From assembly GCA_963714085.1 (NCBI GenBank), contig OY970229.1, positions 1,088,001-1,152,000 of the forward strand: a stretch of 64,000 bases of DNA. Direction: 5' to 3'. The notes below the pieces were generated by a model, which worked only from the letters and a program-made list of their open reading frames with translations, was not told where the DNA came from and made no database searches. Position 1 is the first letter of the stretch, and every line of letters starts with the position of its first letter. Made by a program: the position numbers and the translations under genes. Shown here one piece after another: positions 46,756 to 55,925 of this stretch. Source of the stretch: an uncultured Candidatus Micrarchaeota archaeon (GTDB lineage: Archaea; Micrarchaeota; Micrarchaeia; Anstonellales; Bilamarchaeaceae).

Positions 46756-48414
46756 ATGGAAACACAAAATAAAAAGATTGTGCTGGTGAGGTGCCCGCAA
46801 CCAGTGCTTGTTGGGGATGACGGGGCGCTGTATTCGCCGAACCGGACACGCACCCCGGAACCGACCCTGCCGCAGCTCCACGGGATTTTAAGGGATTTCG
46901 CAGAGCAGCACGGCGTCGGGATGGAGGTCGTGCAACTCGATCTACGTGACCCGAAGAACGGCGCATTGGAGCGGGTGCATTACGATGACATCGATGTCCC
47001 GTATTTGGGGAAGACGCTCAGAAAGATATACGAGGGCGTGAACATCGAAACGCTCAGGCCCATCCTTCAAGATGCGGATTTCATAGGGTTCACGAACAAC
47101 TTCGCGATGTCCAGGAATGTCGTCTGCGGGACTATACGGAAAGTCAGGTCCATGTTCCCTGAAAAAGAGCTCTGGATAGGGGGCCGTGATGTCTACACCG
47201 TTAGGATCAACGCCATCTACGCGGCAGCGGCAGGAGACAGGAACACGGTGGTTTTCGATGGCCACGTTTTCGATTCTTTGCCCGCTTACCTTCTATGGAG
47301 GATAAAGGGTTCTGGGGAGCCGTTCGGGGTGACCGTCTATGGTAAGGACGGCGAAACCAGAACGGTCCAGAAAAGGCCGCTTTCGGAAGGGGCGAATGCC
47401 AACGGAGAGGTAAGGATCCCATTGTCGGTGTATCCGGATCCTGCCTCGTTAGGATACTTCACCGGCTCCGGTGAAGGCCAGCCGGATCCGCCGTTCGGCA
47501 GGTTCGCGCATATGACGATGAGCTATGGTTGCCCCCACTCCTGCGGCTATTGCACTACGGGCAGGAGGGAAGGCTACCTAGTCCATAAGGACATGGAAAC
47601 CATCAAGAAAGAGCTCGATTTATACAAAAATCTGGGCGTTACGACCCTCGCCATAATGGACGATAACCTGCTCGCCCTCGGGACCAGGGATGTCACCAGG
47701 ATAATGCAGCTTGTGAACAGCTACGGATTCGGGATCGAATACGGGAACGGCCTGCAGCTGAGCCTCCTGAACAAAGACTGGGAATCCCTGAAGGGTCCGA
47801 TCCTTTCCAACTGCGACAGCCTCTATGCGCCGCTGGAGGATCTGACGCGGGACAGGGCCTATGAAAAGCTGGATCCGACCAGGTCCAATCTCGAACTGAT
47901 GCGGAAGATAGCAGCCGAAGCGCCTGCAAGGATGAGGTACCTGACCATGGGCGTGATCGTAGGTGTGCCTGGCCATACGAAAAATGCCCTTGAAACGACA
48001 TTCATGAGAAACGTCCAGAGGTTCCTCGAAGTCTTCAATCAAAGCCGCTTGCATGTCGGGATGACCGTGTTCAACTTCATCCCGCTCGCAGGGACGGTTT
48101 TCGGCGATATGGCGCTGGACAGCTGCAGGATGTTCGCAGACCCCGTATCCGCGCATCCCGAGATATGCAACTTCGGGGTCGTGAGCTATGCCCCGCCTGG
48201 CATGACGCACAGGGAAGTCTTCGACGCCTATGAAAAAGCGCTTGAATTGAATCCGGCCGGGAAGGAGCTCGGATTATCGTATACGAGGCTCCAGCGCTAC
48301 GGTGAGAACGCCCTCCCGGAAAACGAAAGATGGAAAATCCCCCAGGCATGGCGGACCCCCGGCCTGCATCTCAGAGCCCAAATGCCCGGATGCAAGAGAG
48401 GCATTACAAAATAG
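46756..48414 (+). CDS. radical SAM protein, probably cobalamin-dependent
   Basis: SYGCPHSCGYC (CxxxCxxC), DDNL, NG motif, IVGVPG.T; N-terminal Rossmann-like segment with WIGG. Confidence 0.85.
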   Translation: METQNKKIVLVRCPQPVLVGDDGALYSPNRTRTPEPTLPQLHGILRDFAEQHGVGMEVVQLDLRDPKNGALERVHYDDIDVPYLGKTLRKIYEGVNIETLRPILQDADFIGFTNNFAMSRNVVCGTIRKVRSMFPEKELWIGGRDVYTVRINAIYAAAAGDRNTVVFDGHVFDSLPAYLLWRIKGSGEPFGVTVYGKDGETRTVQKRPLSEGANANGEVRIPLSVYPDPASLGYFTGSGEGQPDPPFGRFAHMTMSYGCPHSCGYCTTGRREGYLVHKDMETIKKELDLYKNLGVTTLAIMDDNLLALGTRDVTRIMQLVNSYGFGIEYGNGLQLSLLNKDWESLKGPILSNCDSLYAPLEDLTRDRAYEKLDPTRSNLELMRKIAAEAPARMRYLTMGVIVGVPGHTKNALETTFMRNVQRFLEVFNQSRLHVGMTVFNFIPLAGTVFGDMALDSCRMFADPVSAHPEICNFGVVSYAPPGMTHREVFDAYEKALELNPAGKELGLSYTRLQRYGENALPENERWKIPQAWRTPGLHLRAQMPGCKRGITK

Positions 48415-48484
48415 ATCTCCCGCCTACCGGAAGATAAATGATGCTCGGGCTGATTTCAGCTTCCATTTGGTTAAGCCTGGGTTT

Positions 48485-50164
48485 CTAATCCCCGAGGAAA
48501 TCCGGGCCGCCTCTGTTTTTCCTGGAAGCCACGAACGTGATAACGAGGAGCGCGAGCAGCGCGGCCACCGGGGCCTGGCACGGCACGTTTTCCGGGATGT
48601 TCGAGCTGCCATTGGTCCCTATGCTCGAATTGACGCTCCTGTTCGCCGCTATGCTTTTGTTCAGCGCGATACTGGCGTTCAACGCGATGCTCTCGTTCAG
48701 CGCAATGCTTTTGTTCAACGCGATGCTCGCATTCAACGCGCGACTCGCATTAAGCGCGATACTGGCATTCAATGCCATGCTCTCGTTCAGCGCGATACCC
48801 GCATTCAGTGCAATGCTTTTGTTCAGCGCGATACTAGCATTCAACGCGCGGCTCGCATTCAGCGCTATGCTGGCATTCAACGCGATACTCGCATTCAGCG
48901 CAATGCTTTTGTTCAACGCGATGCTGGCGTTTATCCTCGCGGATTCCATCACCGCGGCTTCCTTCTCCGCAGCTATCAGGGATGGCGCGATCGAGGCGCT
49001 CTCGCTTGCGATGCTCCCCTCCTGCGTCTGGACGCAGCTCACGTCAAGGTAATCGAGCAATGTGCGTCTCGCATTTATCATCTGCGGTATCGCGTAATCC
49101 GGAGGGGGGCAGAAATCGTAGGTGCTGAAGATGGGCTGGTACATGACCGCGGTCTCGTGGCGGTTGAGCGTTTCGATATCCGAGAGGGCCGTATCCGCGG
49201 CCGAATAGGACGGCGCCTGGCTGAAGGCATGGGACGAGCCGATGGCTTGGTCCAGCGCGGCGTTGGCGCTGTCCACGCTCGTCTTATATGAAAGCATGGA
49301 ATCTATGAACGGCCAGCCCATCTGCCCGAAATACCAGCATACCGGCACCGAGGCGCACGCGTACTGGCAGGTGCTCCGGTTCACGCACGGGTACTCGTAC
49401 ATCCCGGTGATCTCCATGCAGTTGGTCTCCGGCCCTTGCTTGAGCGCTTTCGAGTAGTTGAGCACCGTGAACGGCTCTGAGAGGTCCCCGGAAAATGGCG
49501 GGCTCGCGGCCGCAGCGTATCCCGAAACCAGGGAGCTTATCGTTCCGTAGCTGGAGACCGCGCTGACATTCGTGCCGTTGATCATGAATACCGCGAAGGA
49601 GCCGTTCTTTTCCAGATAGGCCAGCGCGAGATGGCCGCTTTCGTAAAATACGGTGACGTTCTGGCTCCAGTTCAGCGAATCCAGGTGCTGACTGATGCTC
49701 TGGCGCAGTTCCGAGCCTGATTCCGGCACGAGATAGGCGCACGTTGCGTTCCAGCGGTTGAGCGGTGCCGCATTCAAGTCAATGCTTTCGACTAAGCCCA
49801 CGTCCCCCTTTACCGTGAACGAGACCTCGGTGCTTTCGTTCGGCCCCATTGGCGGCATGTCCCAGTAGGGCCAGCCGTCTGATTCGTAACCGTCCGGATT
49901 AAGGGCGTACGTCAGGTTCCTGGGGACGAACCACGCGTTCGTGCTTGAAAGCGTGAGCCGGAACGCGCTTGTGGAGGAGTCAGACGGATCGACGATCCTT
50001 ATCCTGAACGTGGTGTTGTACCCATCGTAAATAGTCGGAGGGTAGTCAACCGGGCAATCTATGTATCCGTAAGACCCGCCCGGTATGCTTACCGTATTGG
50101 CTGCGCCGGCCATGTGGAACATCGCGAGCACAATCATGACCGCGAGTAGTGTTTTCATAGCCAT
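48485..50164 (-). CDS. secreted, membrane-anchored glycoprotein with tandem hexapeptide stalk
   Basis: Signal peptide, Cys-rich domain, IALN(A/K/E)S repeats, C-terminal TM helix followed by basic residues. Confidence 0.85.
   Translation of the reverse strand: MAMKTLLAVMIVLAMFHMAGAANTVSIPGGSYGYIDCPVDYPPTIYDGYNTTFRIRIVDPSDSSTSAFRLTLSSTNAWFVPRNLTYALNPDGYESDGWPYWDMPPMGPNESTEVSFTVKGDVGLVESIDLNAAPLNRWNATCAYLVPESGSELRQSISQHLDSLNWSQNVTVFYESGHLALAYLEKNGSFAVFMINGTNVSAVSSYGTISSLVSGYAAAASPPFSGDLSEPFTVLNYSKALKQGPETNCMEITGMYEYPCVNRSTCQYACASVPVCWYFGQMGWPFIDSMLSYKTSVDSANAALDQAIGSSHAFSQAPSYSAADTALSDIETLNRHETAVMYQPIFSTYDFCPPPDYAIPQMINARRTLLDYLDVSCVQTQEGSIASESASIAPSLIAAEKEAAVMESARINASIALNKSIALNASIALNASIALNASRALNASIALNKSIALNAGIALNESMALNASIALNASRALNASIALNKSIALNESIALNASIALNKSIAANRSVNSSIGTNGSSNIPENVPCQAPVAALLALLVITFVASRKNRGGPDFLGD
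48635..48922 (-). repeat. 16 x 18-bp coding tandem repeat
   Basis: Degenerate 18-nt units encoding the IALNAS consensus. Confidence 0.92.
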
Positions 50165-50284
50165 CAGAAATGACAACCCGGGGAAGGTTTTAGTACCTTG
50201 GCGGAAAGGGGTTCCCTTCCGCACCCGAACCGCTTTTCTTTTATTCCTATTCTAATAACATCATCCCAATCACAGGTCGATTTT

Positions 50285-52639
50285 ATGCTCCAAGAAAGGT
50301 ACGACAGGACGATAGAGGAGAAATGGCAGAAGTGGTGGGCTGACAACAACACCTACAGCTTCGATGAGAAGGACGAGACGAAGCCGGTCTATTCGCTGGA
50401 CACTCCGCCGCCGTTCACGTCCGGCGACCTCCACATGGGCCATGTGCTGAGCTACTCGTATTTCGACTTCGTGGCACGCTACAAGCGCATGCGCGGCTTC
50501 AACGTCTATTACCCCCAGGGATGGGACACACAGGGGTTCCCCACCGAAGTGAAAGTGGAGAAGAAGTTCGGCAGGCTCCCCCCCGTGCAGTTCCGCGAGA
50601 AGTGCATAGAGTGGACGCGGGAGTTCATAGCGCGCATGAAGATGCAGATGAACCAGATGGGCTTCAGCCCTGACTGGCGCTACGAATACCGGACCATGGA
50701 GCCGGAATACCACAGGAAAGTCCAGCTCTCGCTGCTGAAAATGTATAATGATAAGCTGGTCTACAGGTCCAAGTACCCTGTCTACTGGTGCCCCAAATGC
50801 GTGTCCGCCATCGCGAAGGCCGAGCTCGACGACGAGGACAAGGACGGGACCATGCACCACATAAACTTCACGGGCCCGGACGGCGAAAATCTCATCATAG
50901 CGACCACCAGGCCCGAGCTCATGCCCGCGTGCGTGGCCGTGCTTTTCCATCCGGCAGACGAGCGCTACCGGAATCTTGACGGAAAAACAATCAAGACCGC
51001 GCTCGGGAAAGAGGTCCTGGCCATCGCGGACAAGGACGTGGACAAGGAGTTCGGCACCGGCCTGCTCATGGTATGCACGTTCGGCGACAAGATGGACGTA
51101 GTGTGGATGCACAGGTACAAGCTGCCCATGATAGACTCCATAGACCAGCACGGCAGGATGAAGAACTCCGGCGAGTTCGACGGCCTCAAGGTCGAGGAGG
51201 CGAAGAAGAAGGTCGTGGAGAAGCTCAAGGCGGAAGGCAAGCTCGTGAAATCCGTGCCCCTGAGGCAGACCGTGAAGGTGCACGACCGGTGCAAGACCCC
51301 GGTGGAGCTCATCCCCTCATTGCAGTGGTTCGCCGACATACGCACGACGGCCAAGCACATCAAGGCGTTCGCCGAGAGGATAAAATGGGTGCCTGATTTC
51401 GGCATAAGCTATCTCATCGACTGGGTCGAGGGCGCGGAATGGGACTGGGTGATCTCCCGCCAGCGCGTGTTCGGCACCCCGCTCCCGTTCTATTTCTGCG
51501 AGAAATGCGGCGCGACCGCCGGCGCCGAGCCTGGCGAATTGCCGTTCTATCCGGAGAAAGCCGCTGGCAGGGCCTGCTCGTGCGGAAGCAGGATGCTCCC
51601 GGAGACCAGCACCTGCGACGTGTGGGTGGACTCGAGCATAACGCCGCTCATAATCGCCGGATGGCCGGATGACGAGAAGAGGATGGCACGCTTGTATCCC
51701 GCGTCGCTGAGGCCCCAGGGTGTGGAGATTGTCCGTACATGGGCGTTCTACACCATCTACCGCAGCGGGGTGGCGCTCACGGGCATCCCGCCTTTCCATA
51801 CCATACTGCTCAACGGGAACGTGCTCGCACCGGACGGCAAGAAGATGTCCAAGAGCACGGGCAACATAATCTCGCCCTCTGACCTGCTGCGCGACTATCC
51901 GGCCGACGCCATACGGCAATGGGCCGCGATGTCAGGCGCCATGGCCAAGGACCGCCCGTTCAGCTACGAGGACATAAAGTACGCGAAGAGCTTCCTCACC
52001 AAGTTGTGGAACGCTGCGAAGCTGGTGGACAAGTCCCTGGAGGGCTACGAGGCGCGGGACGTCGATCCCGGAAGCCTCGGCACCATCGACAGGTGGATAG
52101 TAAGCAGGATGAACCAGGTCGTAGAGGAGTACACCCGCGACATGGAGGCCTTCGAGTTCCACAAGGCCATACGCGCCATGCAGAACTTCTTCTGGCACGA
52201 CGTCTGCGACAACTACCTGGAGTACGTGAAGCACCGGGTGTACGGCACGGACGCCAAGGCCAAGCAGGACGCGCAGCACTGCCTGGATTACGTGCTGCGC
52301 AATTCTATCCGCCTGCTCGCGCCCATAACCCCGCACATGGCAGAAGAGCTTAACCGCGAGGTGTTCAAGGCTGAAAAATCCATACACCTGAGCGCCTGGT
52401 CCGCCGGAGGCCCGGTGGACGCGGACGCCATATCCGCGCTGGAGCTGTTCAACCGGGTGGTGACGGAGCTGCGCCAATACAAGGCGAAGAACAAGATGGC
52501 GCAGAACGCGGAGCTGGCCAAAGTCCGCCTCAGCCTGCCCGGGCCGCTGGGCGCGGAGCTGGAATCAGAACTCAGGCTAATCAGCAAGCTGAAGGAAGTG
52601 GAGCAGATCAAGGGAGAATTCAACGTATCCGTTCTCTAG
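50285..52639 (+). CDS. valS: valine--tRNA ligase (archaeal)
   Basis: DTPPP..SG.LHMGH, ATTRPE, DWVISRQR.FG, KMSKS.GN. Confidence 0.96.
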   Translation: MLQERYDRTIEEKWQKWWADNNTYSFDEKDETKPVYSLDTPPPFTSGDLHMGHVLSYSYFDFVARYKRMRGFNVYYPQGWDTQGFPTEVKVEKKFGRLPPVQFREKCIEWTREFIARMKMQMNQMGFSPDWRYEYRTMEPEYHRKVQLSLLKMYNDKLVYRSKYPVYWCPKCVSAIAKAELDDEDKDGTMHHINFTGPDGENLIIATTRPELMPACVAVLFHPADERYRNLDGKTIKTALGKEVLAIADKDVDKEFGTGLLMVCTFGDKMDVVWMHRYKLPMIDSIDQHGRMKNSGEFDGLKVEEAKKKVVEKLKAEGKLVKSVPLRQTVKVHDRCKTPVELIPSLQWFADIRTTAKHIKAFAERIKWVPDFGISYLIDWVEGAEWDWVISRQRVFGTPLPFYFCEKCGATAGAEPGELPFYPEKAAGRACSCGSRMLPETSTCDVWVDSSITPLIIAGWPDDEKRMARLYPASLRPQGVEIVRTWAFYTIYRSGVALTGIPPFHTILLNGNVLAPDGKKMSKSTGNIISPSDLLRDYPADAIRQWAAMSGAMAKDRPFSYEDIKYAKSFLTKLWNAAKLVDKSLEGYEARDVDPGSLGTIDRWIVSRMNQVVEEYTRDMEAFEFHKAIRAMQNFFWHDVCDNYLEYVKHRVYGTDAKAKQDAQHCLDYVLRNSIRLLAPITPHMAEELNREVFKAEKSIHLSAWSAGGPVDADAISALELFNRVVTELRQYKAKNKMAQNAELAKVRLSLPGPLGAELESELRLISKLKEVEQIKGEFNVSVL

Positions 52640-53127
52640 CCGGATATGATCTTACCGGTTATCGTTCCGGATATCGTGTGCGACGAGTTGCTGCAAGCGC
52701 TGCCGGCCGCCGCAACTTCCGGCGTGCATGCCTCGTAGGTGACATTGGCGTTGAGCTGCAGCGCGCTTTTCGCGGGCAGATCGGTGCCGAGCGCAGCCAC
52801 CGAGGTGTAATTGGAGCCGCTCTGCACAATGACGCCTTTGGAGAAACCGCTGAAGGCCAGGTTGTCAGCCGGATCGTACGCCTGGACCTCAGTGATGTTT
52901 ATCGCGTACGGGAATCCGTTGTAAAGGCCGAGCGCGAGATTCGTATCGCTGTTGTTGTTGAAGAGCGCGAACTGGCAGGCCAGGTTGGAGCCGAAGTTGC
53001 ATTCCTCGGACACCAGGAACGTGGACGAGAGCACCCCGCTGCTCATCAAGAGGCCGATTATTATCACGAGGGCCAGTATCGCCCACCCATAGGTGGTCAC
53101 GTATTCTATCATGGATTGTCCACGCAT
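52636..53127 (-). CDS. archaeal type IV pilin-like protein (class III signal peptide)
   Basis: MRG/QSMIEYVTTYGWAIL signature; paired Cys; many sequons. Confidence 0.85.
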   Translation of the reverse strand: MRGQSMIEYVTTYGWAILALVIIIGLLMSSGVLSSTFLVSEECNFGSNLACQFALFNNNSDTNLALGLYNGFPYAINITEVQAYDPADNLAFSGFSKGVIVQSGSNYTSVAALGTDLPAKSALQLNANVTYEACTPEVAAAGSACSNSSHTISGTITGKIISG

Positions 53128-53232
53128 GGATGGATTAACCGGCGTATGACTTAAATACATTTCGCTCTATGTGTTACTAGTAAAATGGCGTATTCTCATC
53201 AGGATACATCACGTTCAAAGGAGGTCGGATAG

Positions 53233-53421
53233 ATGATAGAGACATGTGGGAGATGCGGCGCCCAGACCGCGAAGCTCGAGGTCTGCGCCTACTGCAAGAA
53301 GAAGATATGCTACACCTGCATAAAGAGCCAGAAGAGGAAGAAGCCCGGCAAGATCTACATATGCAAGAGCTGCTGGAGCATCATGCCTTCGAGGAAGCGC
53401 TACAAGGATGTGAAAGGCTAG
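53233..53421 (+). CDS. small zinc-finger protein
   Basis: Four CxxC pairs in 62 aa; GGAGGT SD upstream. Confidence 0.75.
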   Translation: MIETCGRCGAQTAKLEVCAYCKKKICYTCIKSQKRKKPGKIYICKSCWSIMPSRKRYKDVKG

Positions 53422-53538
53422 GATTCTTTGCGGGCTTTCCTGCGCCGCCGTGGCGTCAGGGAAGCTCAAGATTTTAAAAACAATCCATTTATTATCAGCC
53501 TGTTGCTGCCAGGGCAGTAAAGCTGAAAAGGTGATCAG

Positions 53539-53907
53539 ATGGGACTTTTGGACAAGATCTTCGGAAAAAGTGAAAATGTTGAAGTGCCTGATCTAGAGGA
53601 GGTCATGGAAGCCGAGGGAGACGTCGTCAGCCCTCCCGCCGAATTCTACGTCAAGAGGATAGACCTCAGGAACGAAGGCGATGGCGACCTGGTCGTGAAG
53701 GAGCTGGTTCAGAAGAACATAATCATATTGAACCTGCTCCCGCTCTCGAAGCAGCCGAACAGGTTAAAGGGCATAATCGCGAAGCTCAAATCGCACGCGA
53801 ACAAGTCCAACGGCGACATCGCCCTGCTCTCGACCGACGCGATCCTTCTCACGCCATCGAACGTGAAGATCGTGAAATCAAAGCCGAAGCCGAAGAAGAC
53901 GCTCTGA
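53539..53907 (+). CDS. sepF: cell division protein SepF (archaeal)
   Basis: MGLLDKIFG amphipathic N-terminus, NIIILNL.PL, GDIA......LLTP..VKI. Confidence 0.88.
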   Translation: MGLLDKIFGKSENVEVPDLEEVMEAEGDVVSPPAEFYVKRIDLRNEGDGDLVVKELVQKNIIILNLLPLSKQPNRLKGIIAKLKSHANKSNGDIALLSTDAILLTPSNVKIVKSKPKPKKTL

Positions 53908-54000
53908 TTTTTTTTATCATTCTATGCCCCATTTCGGGGTTATTCCTTCTTTTCCACATTCCTCATGTTCTAAAACATTTCCGATTTAATTACTCCCATA

Positions 54001-54120
54001 GCTGAGGTCGCATAACCCGGTAGTGCGCCGGTCTTGAAAACCGGTCCCTCGTGGATTGCAGGTTCAAACGTTTCCCGTTCCGAAACCGGCAACTGGAAAC
54101 TGGATTTCCTGCCCTCAGCG
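54001..54120 (+). tRNA. tRNA-Ser(TGA) with a 38-nt intron (54069-54106) in the T loop
   Basis: GCTGAGG/CCTCAGC acceptor with G discriminator, CCGGT-CT-TGA-AA-ACCGG anticodon arm, long variable arm; T arm GCAGG-TTCAAA^T-CCTGC restored by removing a BHB-bounded insert. Confidence 0.93.
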
Positions 54121-54134
54121 ATTTTTCCAAACCG

Positions 54135-55451
54135 TCAGCCGACCATCATGTTGTCCACGCGGATGTGCGGCCCCCCGTCGCTGACAGGCGCCTCCTGGCC
54201 GTTCTTCCCGCACATGCCCGGGCTGGTGCCGAAATCCCTGCCGACCGCGGCCACGTTCTTCAGCGTCGTGAGTATATCGCCGCTTATGGCCGCGTCGCGC
54301 ATCACCCGGCCTAGGACCCCGTTGTTTATCTCGTACGCCTCCTCGGCCTTGAACATGAAGCCCCCTGAGAAGATGTCCACGGAGCCGCCTTTCATGCCCT
54401 TAAGATAGACACCGTGCTTCACGTCGAAGACCTCCTCCCTGCTCTGCTCGCCCGGGAGCACGTAGGTATTGGACATCCGGACAATGGGCAGGCTGTCGTA
54501 GCCGTCCGCCCTCGCATGGCCGTTCGGCTCGTCTTTCGTCTCCTCCGCTGTCTCCCTGGAGTTGATGTATCCTTTGAGGACCCCCTTGTCGAGCACGAGG
54601 GTCTTCCTGGCCTCCATGCCCTCGTCGTCGTAGGCATAGGCGCCGAAATCGTCCGCTGTCGGGTCGTCCACTATGGAGAGCAGCCCGTTGCCTATCGTCT
54701 TCCCGACCTTCCCCGCGAGTATGGATTCGCGGTCCGTCACAGAATCAGCCTCCACCGCGTGGCCCATGGCCTCGTGCGCGAACACGCCGCTCAGCTCCGG
54801 GTCCAGGACCACTGTGAACTTGCCCCTGGGCGCGACCGGGGCGCCCACGAGCCTCTCCGCCTTCTCCCTTGACGATACGGCCGCCTTGTGGAGGTCCAGG
54901 CCGTGGAACCCCTTCCTGGAAGCCGAGGTTTCGACTCCCCTAATTATCATGCCCGCGTCCTGCGCCACGCAGCTGCAGGAAAGATAGGCGTAGCCCGTCT
55001 CCTGGACTATGGCCGCGCCTTCCGAGCTGTAGAACTCCTTCCTGAGCGAACTGTCCGAGCACGCGATCCTGCAGGACGTTATCTTCGTGCCGGCCATGCC
55101 CTTCTTCGCGTCGAGCAGCGCCTCCACCTGCTCCTCCACCGGGACCCGCTCGACGGAGCTATTCACCGTTTTCCTCTCGTGCTTCCCCTCGGCGAGCCGT
55201 ATCCTGCCCTTGTCCAGGGAGGCGAGACGCGCCGCCTTCTCGAGCAGGCCGCGCATGTCGGAGACGTCGTTGGACGACGCGAAGCCCCAGGAGCCGTCCT
55301 GCAGCACGCGCACCGAGGCGCCCTGCCAGCTCCCGGAATTCACCTTGACCTCGTCGTCCTGTATGCGGACGACGGCCTCGGTTCCGTTCTCGAGCCTCGC
55401 TTCCGCGTATTTATATCCTGAAAGAAGGCTTTCTATCTCCAAACCACTCAA
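54135..55451 (-). CDS. tldD: TldD/PmbA family protease (TldD)
   Basis: G.WGF, HEAMGHAVEAD metal site, DDEG, P.VRMSNT, CGKNGQ..PVSDGGP. Confidence 0.92.
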   Translation of the reverse strand: MSGLEIESLLSGYKYAEARLENGTEAVVRIQDDEVKVNSGSWQGASVRVLQDGSWGFASSNDVSDMRGLLEKAARLASLDKGRIRLAEGKHERKTVNSSVERVPVEEQVEALLDAKKGMAGTKITSCRIACSDSSLRKEFYSSEGAAIVQETGYAYLSCSCVAQDAGMIIRGVETSASRKGFHGLDLHKAAVSSREKAERLVGAPVAPRGKFTVVLDPELSGVFAHEAMGHAVEADSVTDRESILAGKVGKTIGNGLLSIVDDPTADDFGAYAYDDEGMEARKTLVLDKGVLKGYINSRETAEETKDEPNGHARADGYDSLPIVRMSNTYVLPGEQSREEVFDVKHGVYLKGMKGGSVDIFSGGFMFKAEEAYEINNGVLGRVMRDAAISGDILTTLKNVAAVGRDFGTSPGMCGKNGQEAPVSDGGPHIRVDNMMVG

Positions 55452-55452
55452 C

Positions 55453-55923
55453 TCAGAGGGCCTTCCTGGCCTTCTCTGCGTACTCCCTTATGATCTTCTT
55501 CTGCTCGCGGTCCTTCACCGAGCCGCAGAACACGTAGCTTCCTATGGGTATGAGGACCAGTATGGTGCTGCCGAACGTTATCTCTATCTCCCTGGGCACG
55601 TCGCTGGAGCGCTTCATGAGTGCGTCCGTTATGTTCGCGGCGGATGCGATCATGCCGGCTGCGGCGTCGGTCAGCGGCATGGTGGAATGCACTATGGCGC
55701 CGTCCGCCCTGACTATGGCGCCATCCACGCCATGGATCTTCATGTCGTCCAGCACCCCGCCCGGCTCGTCCGAGATGGTGACCTTGGCGGGCGCAGGGGG
55801 CGGTTTCGCCACGGTCTCCCCGGGCTCCTCTTCGGCCGGCGCGGCCTTGGCCTTCCTGATCTCGCTTATGTCGTCCCAGTCGCGCTCGACTATCCTCTTC
55901 ACCGGCTTCTTCTCATCGGCCAT
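55453..55923 (-). CDS. Roadblock/LC7 domain protein
   Basis: GVDGAIVRADGAIVHS...A.MIASA...EIEI.....ILVLIPIG pattern after a disordered N-terminus. Confidence 0.75.
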   Translation of the reverse strand: MADEKKPVKRIVERDWDDISEIRKAKAAPAEEEPGETVAKPPPAPAKVTISDEPGGVLDDMKIHGVDGAIVRADGAIVHSTMPLTDAAAGMIASAANITDALMKRSSDVPREIEITFGSTILVLIPIGSYVFCGSVKDREQKKIIREYAEKARKAL

Positions 55924-55925
55924 TC

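Noticed and set aside
48635..48922. Possible CRISPR array
   Set aside because: The units are contiguous 18-mers without spacers and lie in frame within a CDS; no cas genes in the window.
54001..54120. Selenocysteine tRNA or tRNA pseudogene
   Set aside because: The anticodon is TGA (reads UCA, Ser), not TCA, and the extra sequence is a BHB-bounded intron.
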